Positions 10,902 to 21,835 of a stretch of DNA of 62,891 bases are shown here, piece after piece. The notes beneath the pieces are model-generated. The model worked only from the letters and a program-made list of their open reading frames with translations. It had not been told where the DNA came from and ran no database searches. The stretch is from Thermoplasmatota archaeon. Its GTDB lineage: Archaea; Thermoplasmatota; E2; DHVEG-1. The translations under genes were made by a program, and so were the position numbers. Every line of letters begins with the position of its first letter. Within the stretch, counting starts at the first letter, position 1. The DNA is taken from contig JAUWBM010000003.1 of the NCBI GenBank assembly GCA_030601705.1, positions 1 through 62,891 of the forward strand, given 5' to 3'.

Positions 10902-11126
10902 ATGAAAGTGTCTTGTAATATAATTTTTGAATACAATAGCTCAGAGAAAACAGAGAAGATTCTTCGTTCCATCAAAGTCGATGATTTTGATTTTGTTGAA
11001 TCCAAGTTGAATGGAAACCGGCTTGAGGTATTAATTGAAAGTAAATCTGTTCCATCGCTTGTCCATACGCTCGATGACTATCTGGCTTGTATATCTGTTG
11101 CTGAAAAAATAATAGATAAGAATTGA
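10902..11126 (+). CDS. pcc1: KEOPS complex subunit Pcc1
   Basis: 74 aa with SLVHTLDDYL, downstream of the DHH gene. Confidence 0.8.
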   Translation: MKVSCNIIFEYNSSEKTEKILRSIKVDDFDFVESKLNGNRLEVLIESKSVPSLVHTLDDYLACISVAEKIIDKN

Positions 11127-11195
11127 CACTTTTTACTGATAAAGCGAGTACAAATCTCGTCTTGTCTGATGAATGTGAGAATGACTCATCTTATT

Positions 11196-11543
11196 TTAGC
11201 ATGGTTTGCAGATAGTTTTCTTGTCCACTATTTTTATCAGTTTTACAAGCTTTTTCTCGTCAATATCCTCCAATGAATGAATTTTTATATGCCTCATTGT
11301 TTTGCCACTTCCCTCAAACAAACCTATCTCTTCTTTGTTCAATCCATTGATTGCAAAACCAACATGCACACGGTTCTTCATTGCAGCAATATAAAACTTA
11401 CCGCCCGCAAACGCAATGACTCCCCACGCTTTTTTTTCTTCACAACTTGGAAGTGTTTTTAGAAAAATGTTTCTTACTTTTTGTATAATCTCTTTTTGCG
11501 GCGATTTTTGTTTTTCTATATACTCATCCACTTGTTTATCCAT
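11196..11543 (-). CDS. DUF1801-like protein
   Basis: VDEYI and GSGKTMRHIKI motifs. Confidence 0.75.
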   Translation of the reverse strand: MDKQVDEYIEKQKSPQKEIIQKVRNIFLKTLPSCEEKKAWGVIAFAGGKFYIAAMKNRVHVGFAINGLNKEEIGLFEGSGKTMRHIKIHSLEDIDEKKLVKLIKIVDKKTICKPC

Positions 11544-11609
11544 TTTATTTCTCTATCGCTTTTTGGGTATTTAGTGTCTATTTTTTTAATTTGCTTCAAT
11601 TTTAAATCA

Positions 11610-12038
11610 TTAATCTTTAATTAAAGTATCACATGAATAACATTTACCATTATGAACACAGATTATCTCACCGCATTCTGGACATTTATATTTTTTTTCT
11701 TGTTCTTTTAAAAAAGCACCCATCCCCTGTTTTTTTATCATTCGAAGATTGTCTATCATACTCATTTTAAACCTTTTTTGATAGCTTTGGTCAAGTTTTT
11801 CAAGGTGAATACATGGAAAATCTATGCACTCATAACAATACTCAATTTCTTTTTTCGTTAGTTTTTTGCAGAATTTTTTTAGGAATGCACAACTTTTATC
11901 CCTTGGCTTGCATCCGATACATTTTATTTTTCTTTTTTTTCCATTCATAGTATATCCAAAAAAACCGATGCATATTCTGCAGTTCATTCCACAGGGGGCA
12001 ATTAATTTTTCTGAAAATCCTTTCATTGTTTTAATCAT
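11610..12038 (-). CDS. DUF3795-like Cys-rich protein
   Basis: APCGMNC..C and CYECIDFPC motifs with a C-terminal CPECG. Confidence 0.75.
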   Translation of the reverse strand: MIKTMKGFSEKLIAPCGMNCRICIGFFGYTMNGKKRKIKCIGCKPRDKSCAFLKKFCKKLTKKEIEYCYECIDFPCIHLEKLDQSYQKRFKMSMIDNLRMIKKQGMGAFLKEQEKKYKCPECGEIICVHNGKCYSCDTLIKD

Positions 12039-12215
12039 CCACAGACTATTTTTTTAATGGTAATGTGAATAGTATTTGAAATTATCTTTGGTATTTCGTG
12101 GAATTGACTATAGTTTAGAAATTGAGTATTATATGAAGTAAATATTCTCGAATTAAGTTAATGTACGCATGTTATAGATAAGAATTAAGTATAATTATAA
12201 TATAACTATCTAACC

Positions 12216-13721
12216 ATGAGATTTAATTTAGAGGCACATTTTACGTTTAGCGGTGACATATCCTCCATAAAAAAAGATATGGAAAAGTTTATTTCTGATG
12301 CTAACGAAGATTTAATGAAGAAATATCATAAGGAAATTGCAAATATTGAAATTTTTAAGATTGAAAAAAACTCTCTATTTCTCAACATTGTTTCGTATGG
12401 GAACTTTCGACCACACAATGCATTACTTCAGATAAAAAACTCTCTAAGTAAAGAACTTGGTAAAAAACATCATATTGGGATTAGAGAAGTAGAGATACAT
12501 AATTACAAAATAGAATTTAAATTAGAACAAAAACCATTGAAAGAAATTTCCATTCCTTTTGCTGAAATAAAATTAAAAGGAAAACAAATAACCATTATCT
12601 TGCAGGATGTTTCTGAGGAGTTTTTGAGAAGGAACTATATTGACAGAATGATTAATCTTGTAAAAGAGAAGGTTGAAAACCAGTATTACGAAGGGAAAGG
12701 AGAATTCTGGAAATCTATATGGGAATCAGAAGAAAAAAAACCTGTTTGGATAAAAGATCCGACAGAAGAAATGATCAAGCTCGGTTGGCTAAAACAAGGC
12801 CCTACGAAGGGAAAATGGTTTTATCGTCCTCAAATCGCAACGATATTGAGGACTATGGAGGAAATAGCCATAAACGAAGTATTGAAGCCTCTTGGTTTTC
12901 AGGAAATAATTGAATCTCATATTGTTCCATTTGACATTTGGTTGAAAACCGGACATTTGGAAGGTATGCCTGGTGAGTTCTATTATGTTGCAGAGCCAGC
13001 CACTCGCGATGTTGAGAAATGGCAGAGATTCGTTGATCTCACTAAGATTACAAAGGAAGTACCGTTTGATGAATTGAACAAGAATCTGAGCACCCCACAT
13101 GCAGGGATTTGCTATGCTCAGTGTCCTGTTATCTACTGGTCTTTCAAGGGGAAAACAGTATCAGAAGAATCTCTCCCGATCTTAGTTTATGATAAAACTG
13201 CTGTTTCTGCCAGATATGAAAGTGGGGGAAGGCATGGCATAGAGCGTGTTGACGAATTTCATCGCATCGAACCAGTTTATATTGGAACGAGGGAGCAGCT
13301 CCTTGATCTTCGAGAGAAGTTATTGGAACGATATAAAAATGTTTTCAACAATATTTTTGATATTGAATGGCGCATGGCGTGGGTTACTCCATGGTATATG
13401 CAACAAGCAGGAAAAATTGGCGATACAAATACGCAACAAGATACTGGCACCATAGATTTTGAAGCATATATGCCCTATCGTGGTAGCCGTAAAGAGTCAG
13501 AATGGCTTGAATTTCAAAATCTGAGTATCCTTGGAGATAAATATATCAAAACATTCAATATAAAATCTCAAAAAAGTGAACTCTGGAGTGGGTGTTCAGG
13601 CATTGGACTTGAACGATGGGCAATCGCATTTTTAGCGCAAAAAGGCTTAGATCCTAAGAAATGGCCAACAGGTTTTAAAAGCTATTTGAAAGAACTGCCT
13701 AAAGGCATTGAATTTTTATGA
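12216..13721 (+). CDS. serS: Serine-tRNA ligase, methanogen-type (type 2, Zn-dependent)
   Basis: CYAQCP, RYESGG.HGIERVDEFHRIE, WLEFQN and WSGCSGIGLERW motifs. Confidence 0.93.
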   Translation: MRFNLEAHFTFSGDISSIKKDMEKFISDANEDLMKKYHKEIANIEIFKIEKNSLFLNIVSYGNFRPHNALLQIKNSLSKELGKKHHIGIREVEIHNYKIEFKLEQKPLKEISIPFAEIKLKGKQITIILQDVSEEFLRRNYIDRMINLVKEKVENQYYEGKGEFWKSIWESEEKKPVWIKDPTEEMIKLGWLKQGPTKGKWFYRPQIATILRTMEEIAINEVLKPLGFQEIIESHIVPFDIWLKTGHLEGMPGEFYYVAEPATRDVEKWQRFVDLTKITKEVPFDELNKNLSTPHAGICYAQCPVIYWSFKGKTVSEESLPILVYDKTAVSARYESGGRHGIERVDEFHRIEPVYIGTREQLLDLREKLLERYKNVFNNIFDIEWRMAWVTPWYMQQAGKIGDTNTQQDTGTIDFEAYMPYRGSRKESEWLEFQNLSILGDKYIKTFNIKSQKSELWSGCSGIGLERWAIAFLAQKGLDPKKWPTGFKSYLKELPKGIEFL

Positions 13722-14076
13722 GAATATGATCAAAAAAGATTTATCAACATATAAGAGAAAATACCAAGCATTTAGACATCACGCCTGGGCAGGTCTTGGA
13801 TTTATCTCGGTGTTTCTAGCCATTATAATGATTTTTCCAGAATCTTCTCAGATATTAACACCGATAATTTTTATATTGATTATATACGTAATTGTTGCTT
13901 TGCTCTTCACATATAAATATCGTGCAGGGTTATCTGTTGGAGAAAAGATTGTACAGGTCCAGCCTCCAATTGAAGTCGAGAAGGGATTAATAAGAGCGAA
14001 TGTTGAGAAAGAACGATTAAAACTAGAGAAGAAAAAGGCAAAGGCTGAAATAAAAGCCAAGAAAAAAAGTAAATAA
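13708..14076 (+). CDS. Hypothetical 2-TM protein with a basic tail
   Basis: Two hydrophobic segments, in operon position. Confidence 0.6.
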   Translation: MNFYENMIKKDLSTYKRKYQAFRHHAWAGLGFISVFLAIIMIFPESSQILTPIIFILIIYVIVALLFTYKYRAGLSVGEKIVQVQPPIEVEKGLIRANVEKERLKLEKKKAKAEIKAKKKSK

Positions 14077-14122
14077 AAATATGGAAAAAATCTTTATATA
14101 GAAATCAGTATCCTGGCGTTGT

Positions 14123-15265
14123 ATGGCTAAGAAGCGAAAAGAGAAAACAGAAGAAGAAGAATTTGACTTTAAGTTACCAAAGTTCGATGAAGAAAAATTT
14201 TTAAAAAGAGAGCGTAGAAATATCAAAACACTGTTTCTTTCGTTTCTATTTGGTTTTGTAATTGCCCTCCTCTCATTTGGCTTTTGGAGTCTTTTAAGTG
14301 GAAGCGCTTTCCGCTGGGAGTTGATATTATTACTTGGGGTCTTCAATAGCCCATGGTTGAAATATCTGTTTCTCAAACTAGACGTCGATCTTACTGATTT
14401 CGGAAGAAAAGGATGGTTTGTATCATATGCCACCTATTTCTTTACGTGGCTCATTGTGCTCATAATATTTGTTAACCCGCCATTTTATGATGAAGAAAAT
14501 CCAAGAGTTGATATAGTTGTATTACCAGACATGCAAGAGCTGGGTGGAACAGTATGTATTGTCGCTCAAATCATTGATAATGTTGAAGTGAAAAAACAAG
14601 ACATATCATTTACCTTACTCGATCCAGATGGTAAACAAATAGCTGCAGATTTTACTTTTGATGACAATATTTTTAGATATACTCACGAAAGCCCTGATAA
14701 TCTAACAGGAGATACTACATATGCTTTCAAAATAACTGCTAAAGATGTAAACGGCCATATAACAGAAGAGGAAGGCTTTTTTAGATACAGCAATGATGCA
14801 ATTAAACTTGCTGAACCCATTGGAACCGCAATAGCGCCTGGTCCTACAGTGACATATTCCACTGATATCAAATTCGACGTTGTATCCGATGTTAGTAGAT
14901 TTTACTATACCGTTGATGACGGAGATGAAATTAATATTACTAAAGGCGATGATTTTTATGTGACCGCTCCAAAATATGAGGGATGGGTAAAAAACAAAAA
15001 CGTTACCGTTAAATCATATGCAGAGGTGATTTATTATTTTACAAATTGTCCATTACAATTTAACAATACTATAGTGGACTATGAGTCATATTATTTTAAT
15101 GTCAGTGACGCAATCGAGATAGGTGGAGAAAAACCTCCAGAAATATCTCTTCCCGGACCTCGTTATGTTGGTGCTACTCCAGGATTTGAAGTCATAGTAT
15201 TCATACTATCATTGATCATTGTTGCTTTAATATTCAAATTCAGAAAGAAAGATAAAAAGATATGA
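14123..15265 (+). CDS. Membrane protein with C-terminal PGF-CTERM-like sorting signal
   Basis: N-terminal TM helices, a beta-rich domain, then TPGFE + TM + KFRKK. Confidence 0.65.
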   Translation: MAKKRKEKTEEEEFDFKLPKFDEEKFLKRERRNIKTLFLSFLFGFVIALLSFGFWSLLSGSAFRWELILLLGVFNSPWLKYLFLKLDVDLTDFGRKGWFVSYATYFFTWLIVLIIFVNPPFYDEENPRVDIVVLPDMQELGGTVCIVAQIIDNVEVKKQDISFTLLDPDGKQIAADFTFDDNIFRYTHESPDNLTGDTTYAFKITAKDVNGHITEEEGFFRYSNDAIKLAEPIGTAIAPGPTVTYSTDIKFDVVSDVSRFYYTVDDGDEINITKGDDFYVTAPKYEGWVKNKNVTVKSYAEVIYYFTNCPLQFNNTIVDYESYYFNVSDAIEIGGEKPPEISLPGPRYVGATPGFEVIVFILSLIIVALIFKFRKKDKKI

Positions 15266-16308
15266 ATGAATTAACACAACTCTGTAAACTCTTGAAAAAG
15301 GATTTTACTCCCAGAATACGCGATCCATCAAAACCGGTTCGATGTTGGTCTGAAAAAGACTTTCTAGAAGATAAGGTAGTAGATGTTTACGTCATTATTC
15401 TCAGAACGAGAGGCTGCTCCTGGGCTCTTAAATCTGGATGTACCATGTGCGGATATTTTAATGATAGCATGTGGGAGAAAGTATCTGATAAAGATTTGTT
15501 AAAACAATTTGATAGAGCTATGGAGAACTATTCTGGGGAAAGATTTGTTAAAATATTTACTTCAGGTAGTTTTTTGGACGATAATGAAATTAAACCTGCA
15601 GTTAGAAATGAAATTCTGAGAGAACTTAGTGAAAAGACAGATAAAGTATCAGCTGAATCGAGACCAGAATACATCACAGATGAGAAGCTGTCAACTATTA
15701 AAGAAATTTTTCAGTCTAAAACGTTTGAAATAGGAACAGGTTTAGAAACTGCGAATGATTTTGTACGAGAACATGCAATAAACAAAGGATTTACATTTAA
15801 CGATTACAAAAAAGCTGCTCAAACTTTGAAAAAGTATAACTTCAAACTAAAAACATACGTGCTCATTAAACCTCTTTTATTAACAGAAAAAGAGTCCATT
15901 GACGACAGCACAAGTACTGTTGATAAAATTAAAACATATGCTGATACTATATCATTTAATCCAACAAACGTTCAGCGTAATACAGTAGTGGAATATCTTT
16001 GGAAAAGAAAACAGTATAGACCTGCATGGTTATGGAGCGTTGTTGAAATATTAAAAACAAGTAAAAAATTAGCGGGTAATGCAAGAATTAAATGTGACGT
16101 TGCTGGTGGCGGCAGCATAAGAGGAGCACACAATTGCAACAAATGCGATCGTAAATTTCTTGATGCAATAGTAGATTTTTCCTTGTTGCAAGATACAAAA
16201 GTTTTTGAAGATCTTGATTGCAAATGTAGAGAAAAATGGCTCGATCAACTTGATATAGAAAATCTAGGTTTTGGTTCTTTGGTTGATTTTTCAGGTAGAT
16301 ATCAATGA
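15262..16308 (+). CDS. Archaeosine biosynthesis radical SAM protein RaSEA
   Basis: LRTRGCSW....GCTMC, KIFTSGSF and GAHNC..C motifs. Confidence 0.85.
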   Translation: MNELTQLCKLLKKDFTPRIRDPSKPVRCWSEKDFLEDKVVDVYVIILRTRGCSWALKSGCTMCGYFNDSMWEKVSDKDLLKQFDRAMENYSGERFVKIFTSGSFLDDNEIKPAVRNEILRELSEKTDKVSAESRPEYITDEKLSTIKEIFQSKTFEIGTGLETANDFVREHAINKGFTFNDYKKAAQTLKKYNFKLKTYVLIKPLLLTEKESIDDSTSTVDKIKTYADTISFNPTNVQRNTVVEYLWKRKQYRPAWLWSVVEILKTSKKLAGNARIKCDVAGGGSIRGAHNCNKCDRKFLDAIVDFSLLQDTKVFEDLDCKCREKWLDQLDIENLGFGSLVDFSGRYQ

Positions 16309-17078
16309 AAAAATGTGTAGAAAAAAATGATGTAATTGTTCTAATCGATTCAAATTTTAGAAAATATATTGTTGACACAAATAGTAAAACAGATAAAATC
16401 AAAGGAGTTGGAGTGCTGGACCCGAGCAGTCTTATTGGAAAGGAATTTGGAAAACAGCTAGAAATAGGAACTAAGCAATTTTGGATCTTATCTCCAGCCT
16501 TACAAGATAAATTACAAAGCATACATCGTCGCGCTCAGATCATTTTACCTCGGGATGCTGCCCACATACTTATTAATTGCTCTATTGAATCGGGACAGCA
16601 CGTTCTTGAAGGTGGAATAGGTTCTGGTTCGTTAACAATAGCTCTTGCAAGTGCTGTAGCACCCAATGGCAAAATAATATCATATGATGTCAGAGAGGAC
16701 TTTATAGAACATGCTCTGAAAAATATTAGGAAAGCTGGATTGGAACAATACGTTTCCACAAAATTGAAAGATATTACAAAAGAAATAGAAGAAAAAGAAT
16801 TAGATGCAATAATTCTAGATATACCTAATCCTTGGGAAGCTATGGAAAGTGTATGGAATGCATTGAAGGTGGGAGGCTACTTCTGTTCATATTCCCCACT
16901 TATTTCACAGGTCGAAAAAACAGTTAAAGAGCTAAGGAAACGTAGTTTCATTGAGATTAAAACATTTGAAAACATTCAGCGGGAAATGGTTGTTTCTTCC
17001 TATGGCACCAGACCTAGTTTTGATATGCTAGGCCATACAGGTTATCTTACATTTGCTAGAAAAATATTACAGCTATAG
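16305..17078 (+). CDS. trmI: tRNA (adenine-N1)-methyltransferase
   Basis: AQIILPRD, EGGIGSGSL, LDIPNPW and HTGYL motifs. Confidence 0.92.
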   Translation: MKKCVEKNDVIVLIDSNFRKYIVDTNSKTDKIKGVGVLDPSSLIGKEFGKQLEIGTKQFWILSPALQDKLQSIHRRAQIILPRDAAHILINCSIESGQHVLEGGIGSGSLTIALASAVAPNGKIISYDVREDFIEHALKNIRKAGLEQYVSTKLKDITKEIEEKELDAIILDIPNPWEAMESVWNALKVGGYFCSYSPLISQVEKTVKELRKRSFIEIKTFENIQREMVVSSYGTRPSFDMLGHTGYLTFARKILQL

Positions 17079-17158
17079 GTTAGTACTGTCAGGCTTATTA
17101 ATTGTGATTGTTCAAACTATAATTAGAAATATGGAAACGGTATTCAACGCATGGAAAA

Positions 17159-17812
17159 ATGGTCAAATCAGCAAATGGTAGTTACATAAATCTACAACAC
17201 AAAAAACCGAATGCGATAGGAAAACTGTTGATTTTTTTAACTAAAAAAGCATCAAATTATTTCTGGGAAATTACAGACATTCTGTCCAATAAATTCGATA
17301 AATTTGCTGAAATATATGAAAAATCAATAGAATCTCAATATAAATTGGAATATGAAGCAATTGGTATTTCTCAAGACAAAAAAGTGCTACATATTGGCTG
17401 TGGAGCATATCCTATGACAGAGATAACACTTGCAAAACTATTTGGTGCAGAGGTTACAGGAATTGATAAAAGCCCTAATGCCGTAAAATTAGCAGAAGAA
17501 GTCATCCACAAATACAAATTAGATAACAAAATAAAAATCGAACAAGGAGAGGGGGCTAATTATTCTGCGAGTAAATTTGACGTGATAATTATTTCAAGTT
17601 GCTCACATCCTAAAGTAAAGATTCTGCACCACACTTTTAAATATGCGAAAAAAAACAGTATTATCATTGTTAGAGAATTAGATATTGCCACAAATGCTAT
17701 TTTAGAATGTATTGATTCACACAAAGATATTATTCTTGAAAAAAGGATACATCATACAGCTCCTCTTTTCTTACCAACCGGCTGGGATGCTTTCTTTTTA
17801 ATAAAAAGATAA
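17159..17812 (+). CDS. Class I SAM-dependent protein (nicotianamine synthase-like fold)
   Basis: VLHIGCGAYP SAM-binding motif. Confidence 0.6.
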   Translation: MVKSANGSYINLQHKKPNAIGKLLIFLTKKASNYFWEITDILSNKFDKFAEIYEKSIESQYKLEYEAIGISQDKKVLHIGCGAYPMTEITLAKLFGAEVTGIDKSPNAVKLAEEVIHKYKLDNKIKIEQGEGANYSASKFDVIIISSCSHPKVKILHHTFKYAKKNSIIIVRELDIATNAILECIDSHKDIILEKRIHHTAPLFLPTGWDAFFLIKR

Positions 17813-17899
17813 TTATTCCTCGAAATATCCTAATTGTTTTTTAAATGAAACGGTAGAAAAATTTAATTTTCAAGTCATTAATTTTATTTATTTTTAATG

Positions 17900-19468
17900 T
17901 TACCACATTGATCTTTGGAAAAATGTAAGATCTATCCGATTCCAATCATCCCAATCATTTTTACCACGTGAACCGTCTGAATAGTCTACCATAAAATACA
18001 CGTAACGATAATTCATAGTGCTTTTATAAGGTTGCCACTTCCACCAGTTCTTCTGCCAGGGAGCTTTGCCCTCTTGATCATCACATCCTGGAGTATTGCC
18101 ATGAAATATACCTAGTGTATGACCTGTTTCATGCATGTAGACACTTGCATAGGCAATATCTTTATTTAGAGGGTTTTTTAATCCTTTTCCAACTCTAGAA
18201 CTTGATATTTGAAATGAATCAAGGTAGGGACCTACTCCACCCCAGAAAGCAAATCCTGCCCATGTACCATCATAGACTATAAGACCATAGTGAAATACTC
18301 CCCGTCGCCAATTATTTTCGTCTTCATGAAGGAAATACTTCCAATAAATTTCCATGAGTTCTTCACGTGGAGTTTCCTCATCAAATGGAATCATGTCACT
18401 TCCACCCATACATCCATCATCAAGATGATATACGACGTTTTGTCTATCATATGCGGTTTGTAATAACTCCTTCGATTCCTCCGACAAGATGCTTTTCTCA
18501 CCTGTCGGACTTTCATCCATTTGATCAAGCTCAATAAAAAGATCTTTTCTAAATGGATCGGAACCCCATTGAGAAGTCAAATATTCTTCTACATTGTCTA
18601 TTCCATCTTGATCTGAATCGAGATTTGCATGATCATTCCATTCAAATGGGGGGTAAAACCATTCGTGTTCATATTTATCATCATGCCAATTGTACCAAAA
18701 GTAATGTCCCCACTTATGTTCCCATTCAATTGGAACCCCATCATCATCAGCATCCTCACCTGTATTATCCACCTCAGGATTGGTTCCGTAGATATTTACT
18801 TCGGTCCAATAAGGAATACCGTCACCGTCCAAGTCGTTTTGATAGATATCAAACCAAAGTTCGCAATCTCTATCTCGTTGATAAATGCTACCATCATCAC
18901 ATCCATTAAGTCTTCCATAACCGCTAGGATCTACACTAGTAGTTTCTGGATCTATAAAATCATCACCCATCCAATGTCCTGTTTTTATGCTGTAAATAAG
19001 TTCTATGTCGAAACTGTCAATAAAACCATCAAAATCGCTACTAATGTCACAGAGTCTGTCCATACCAATATTCCAGTCCCATAGTTGAATTTTTATGTTT
19101 ACAAATTCTTCATCATCAGGAACATCAAGTGTTATTGACCACTGTGGATCGTAAATGTATTTAGTATTATGCCAAACCGTACTAGTAAATTCCTCATCAT
19201 TGATAAAAACTTTAACATAAAAATCAGGGTCGCTAAACCAATCGATTTTTTCTATTACATGGAGTCGACGATCAAATTTCCCAAGGGATCGTATTTTTTG
19301 GATTTCTACTGTTACAGCTATATCAACTAATGGATCAAAATCTGTTTCGCCAAGATTAGTTGTTGATGGTAAATTTTTCAATTTCACAGGAGCAGCAGAT
19401 GCTGTAGAAACTAGAAAAATAGTCATTAACGCCGTTAATATTATTCTTTTTACAAATGTTTTCTTCAT
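17900..19468 (-). CDS. Secreted acidic Zn-metalloprotease-like protein with Ca-binding repeats
   Basis: Signal peptide, DxDGDG repeats, HETGHTLGIFH and STMNY Met-turn. Confidence 0.65.
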   Translation of the reverse strand: MKKTFVKRIILTALMTIFLVSTASAAPVKLKNLPSTTNLGETDFDPLVDIAVTVEIQKIRSLGKFDRRLHVIEKIDWFSDPDFYVKVFINDEEFTSTVWHNTKYIYDPQWSITLDVPDDEEFVNIKIQLWDWNIGMDRLCDISSDFDGFIDSFDIELIYSIKTGHWMGDDFIDPETTSVDPSGYGRLNGCDDGSIYQRDRDCELWFDIYQNDLDGDGIPYWTEVNIYGTNPEVDNTGEDADDDGVPIEWEHKWGHYFWYNWHDDKYEHEWFYPPFEWNDHANLDSDQDGIDNVEEYLTSQWGSDPFRKDLFIELDQMDESPTGEKSILSEESKELLQTAYDRQNVVYHLDDGCMGGSDMIPFDEETPREELMEIYWKYFLHEDENNWRRGVFHYGLIVYDGTWAGFAFWGGVGPYLDSFQISSSRVGKGLKNPLNKDIAYASVYMHETGHTLGIFHGNTPGCDDQEGKAPWQKNWWKWQPYKSTMNYRYVYFMVDYSDGSRGKNDWDDWNRIDLTFFQRSMW

Positions 19469-20020
19469 ATGATTATCCCCTTAAATATTATATTATTAAA
19501 TTAATTATTATTTGTTATATGGTTAATAATTAACACCGGTATATATAGTTTTTTATTCTCCATTACTAAAGGATGGGAAAATTATCTCATATAAATAAAA
19601 ATTTTTATATTATTTCTAATCATTGTACTTGGCTCATAAGAAATGGACTTGGAATTTAAATTTATAAGGTGTCAAGTGGACTGTGTCCCTATTTGTGGAC
19701 AATGAGTTAAGTTAATCTATTTAGTTTCTTCATGTATACTAAATCATCTACTTTATTTTCTAGAAGAAAGTAATTTCGGGATAACACACTGAGAAGATGT
19801 TACAAAAAAGGCTTTGCTTTTTAACGAATAGGTAGAAGAAATTAGGTCTGGGAAAACTTTCACCTATTGTTATATCTCTCATGTAAAATTTGAAGAGGAG
19901 GCGTGAGACGTTAGAGTGGCAGTCATTTACCATTTATGTGATAGACGATTGTCGATGAGGTTCTCCGAATCCTTTAAATTCCTTTTGAATATACACTGTT
20001 CCAACAGAACGGTGATTATT

Positions 20021-21106
20021 GTGACAAGGCACATTTATAACTTTTATGCAGGTCCGGCAACCTTACCGCTTCCGGCCTTGAAGAAGGCACAGGATGAGTT
20101 TTTGGACTTCCAGGGAACAGGAATGTCGCTTATGGAGATTTCCCATCGTTCCAAAGAATATGCCAAGATGCATGCAGAGGCGTCATGGTTAGTCAAGGAA
20201 CTCATGGATCTTCCAGACGATTACAAGATCATGTGGCTCCAGGGTGGTGCCTCCTCACAGTTCTATATGGTCCCCTTGAATCTTCAGCAAAATGGGAAGG
20301 TAATGGAGTATGTAAACACTGGTGTTTGGTCCAAGAAGGCCATCAACGAAGGGAAGTTCTATGGTGATGTGAAGGCTGTTGCCAGCTCTGAGGATGAAAG
20401 CTTTTCCTATATTCCCAAGGACATTCAGTTTAGTGATAACGCAGCATTTGCCCATATTACAGGAAACAACACAATCTATGGTACTGAGTATCAAGAATGG
20501 CCTAAGGTTCCGAGCAATGTTCCTCTTGCATGTGATATGTCTTCACACATAATGGACAAGGTCATTGATCCAAAGAAGTTTGGAGTCATTTACGCTGGCG
20601 CCCAAAAGAACATGGGACCCGCTGGAGTTACTCTAGTTATTGTAAGGGAAGATCTTCTTAATAGGGTGCCTGAGAACACACCGACTATGCAGAAATGGAA
20701 GACTCATGCAGAAAAAGATTCTTTGTTCAACACGGGCCCATGTTGGGCGATTTATATGTGTAAGCTTTCCTTGGAACATCTGAAGAGTTTGGGTGGGACT
20801 CCTGCTATTGAAAAGATCAACAGGAGAAAAGCCAAGATACTCTATGACGTTATCGATAACTCTGGCGGCTTTTATAAAGGACATGCCAAGCCCGACTCCA
20901 GGTCCCTGATGAACATTACCTTTAATCTGCCTACACCAGAGCTTGAGGAGAAGTGTATTGCAGAGGCACTGTCGAAGGGAATGGTTGGTCTCAAGGGACA
21001 CAGATCCGTCGGCGGTATGAGGGCTTCCATCTACAATGCAATGCCGATCGAGGGTGTACAGACACTTGTTGACTTCATGAAAGAGTTCCAAGAGAATAAT
21101 CAGTGA
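20021..21106 (+). CDS. serC: Phosphoserine aminotransferase
   Basis: NFYAGPA, DMSS, AGAQKNMGPAG and GHRSVGGMRASIYNA motifs. GTG start after a GGTGA RBS. Confidence 0.95.
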   Translation: MTRHIYNFYAGPATLPLPALKKAQDEFLDFQGTGMSLMEISHRSKEYAKMHAEASWLVKELMDLPDDYKIMWLQGGASSQFYMVPLNLQQNGKVMEYVNTGVWSKKAINEGKFYGDVKAVASSEDESFSYIPKDIQFSDNAAFAHITGNNTIYGTEYQEWPKVPSNVPLACDMSSHIMDKVIDPKKFGVIYAGAQKNMGPAGVTLVIVREDLLNRVPENTPTMQKWKTHAEKDSLFNTGPCWAIYMCKLSLEHLKSLGGTPAIEKINRRKAKILYDVIDNSGGFYKGHAKPDSRSLMNITFNLPTPELEEKCIAEALSKGMVGLKGHRSVGGMRASIYNAMPIEGVQTLVDFMKEFQENNQ

Positions 21107-21178
21107 AAAACTTAGAGAATGGCAATAGCATTCAACTCTAGAGGAATATTTGTAAGCGCTTCCTCTATTTTTTATATT

Positions 21179-21835
21179 CTAAAAATTATCTAATTTCCTG
21201 ATTTTGCTTTCTTTTATAACTCTTTGAGCGGTCTTCCATGAATGTCTAGTATCAGGAGGTAACTCTCCATAAGTTTCAACCCATGTTCTAAGAAATTTTA
21301 TAGTGACTGGATCAGCAGGATAACCACTACCAAGAGGGAGATTTAATTTCCTTTGCAAATTTTTTGACAATTTTTGTACATTTTCATCTCTAGCAGTTTT
21401 AGCAAGAATAGAAGCAGCTCCTACAACAGGATATATATCATCGGCCTTGTGCTTTGATACAATCTTTGGTTTAAATGAAAGCTTTGACAATATATCCTTG
21501 CCAAAACGCTTCTCATTGACATCGGCAGCATCCACATAGCAAAATTCTGGTTTTAATTTATCAATAATTTTACTAAATGCATTTACTTCAATTTCATTTA
21601 ATGTCATAACCTTTCGCATATCATCTATACTGGAAGCGGGGATAACCAAAATATCATAATCGACTGCAATTTCTTTTATTTTTTTAGATAGAACTTGTCG
21701 TCTTTTTGGAGATAGTTTTTTTGAATCTCGAATTCCAAGTTCTAATAATCCTGAATCGTTTTCAAATGTTACACCAGCAACCACTAATGGACCAATAACC
21801 GGACCGCGGCCAGCCTCATCAGCACCACAAATCAT
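21179..21835 (-). CDS. rnhB: Ribonuclease HII
   Basis: GADEAGRGP, DSKKL, AASILAK and GSGYP motifs. Confidence 0.96.
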   Translation of the reverse strand: MICGADEAGRGPVIGPLVVAGVTFENDSGLLELGIRDSKKLSPKRRQVLSKKIKEIAVDYDILVIPASSIDDMRKVMTLNEIEVNAFSKIIDKLKPEFCYVDAADVNEKRFGKDILSKLSFKPKIVSKHKADDIYPVVGAASILAKTARDENVQKLSKNLQRKLNLPLGSGYPADPVTIKFLRTWVETYGELPPDTRHSWKTAQRVIKESKIRKLDNF

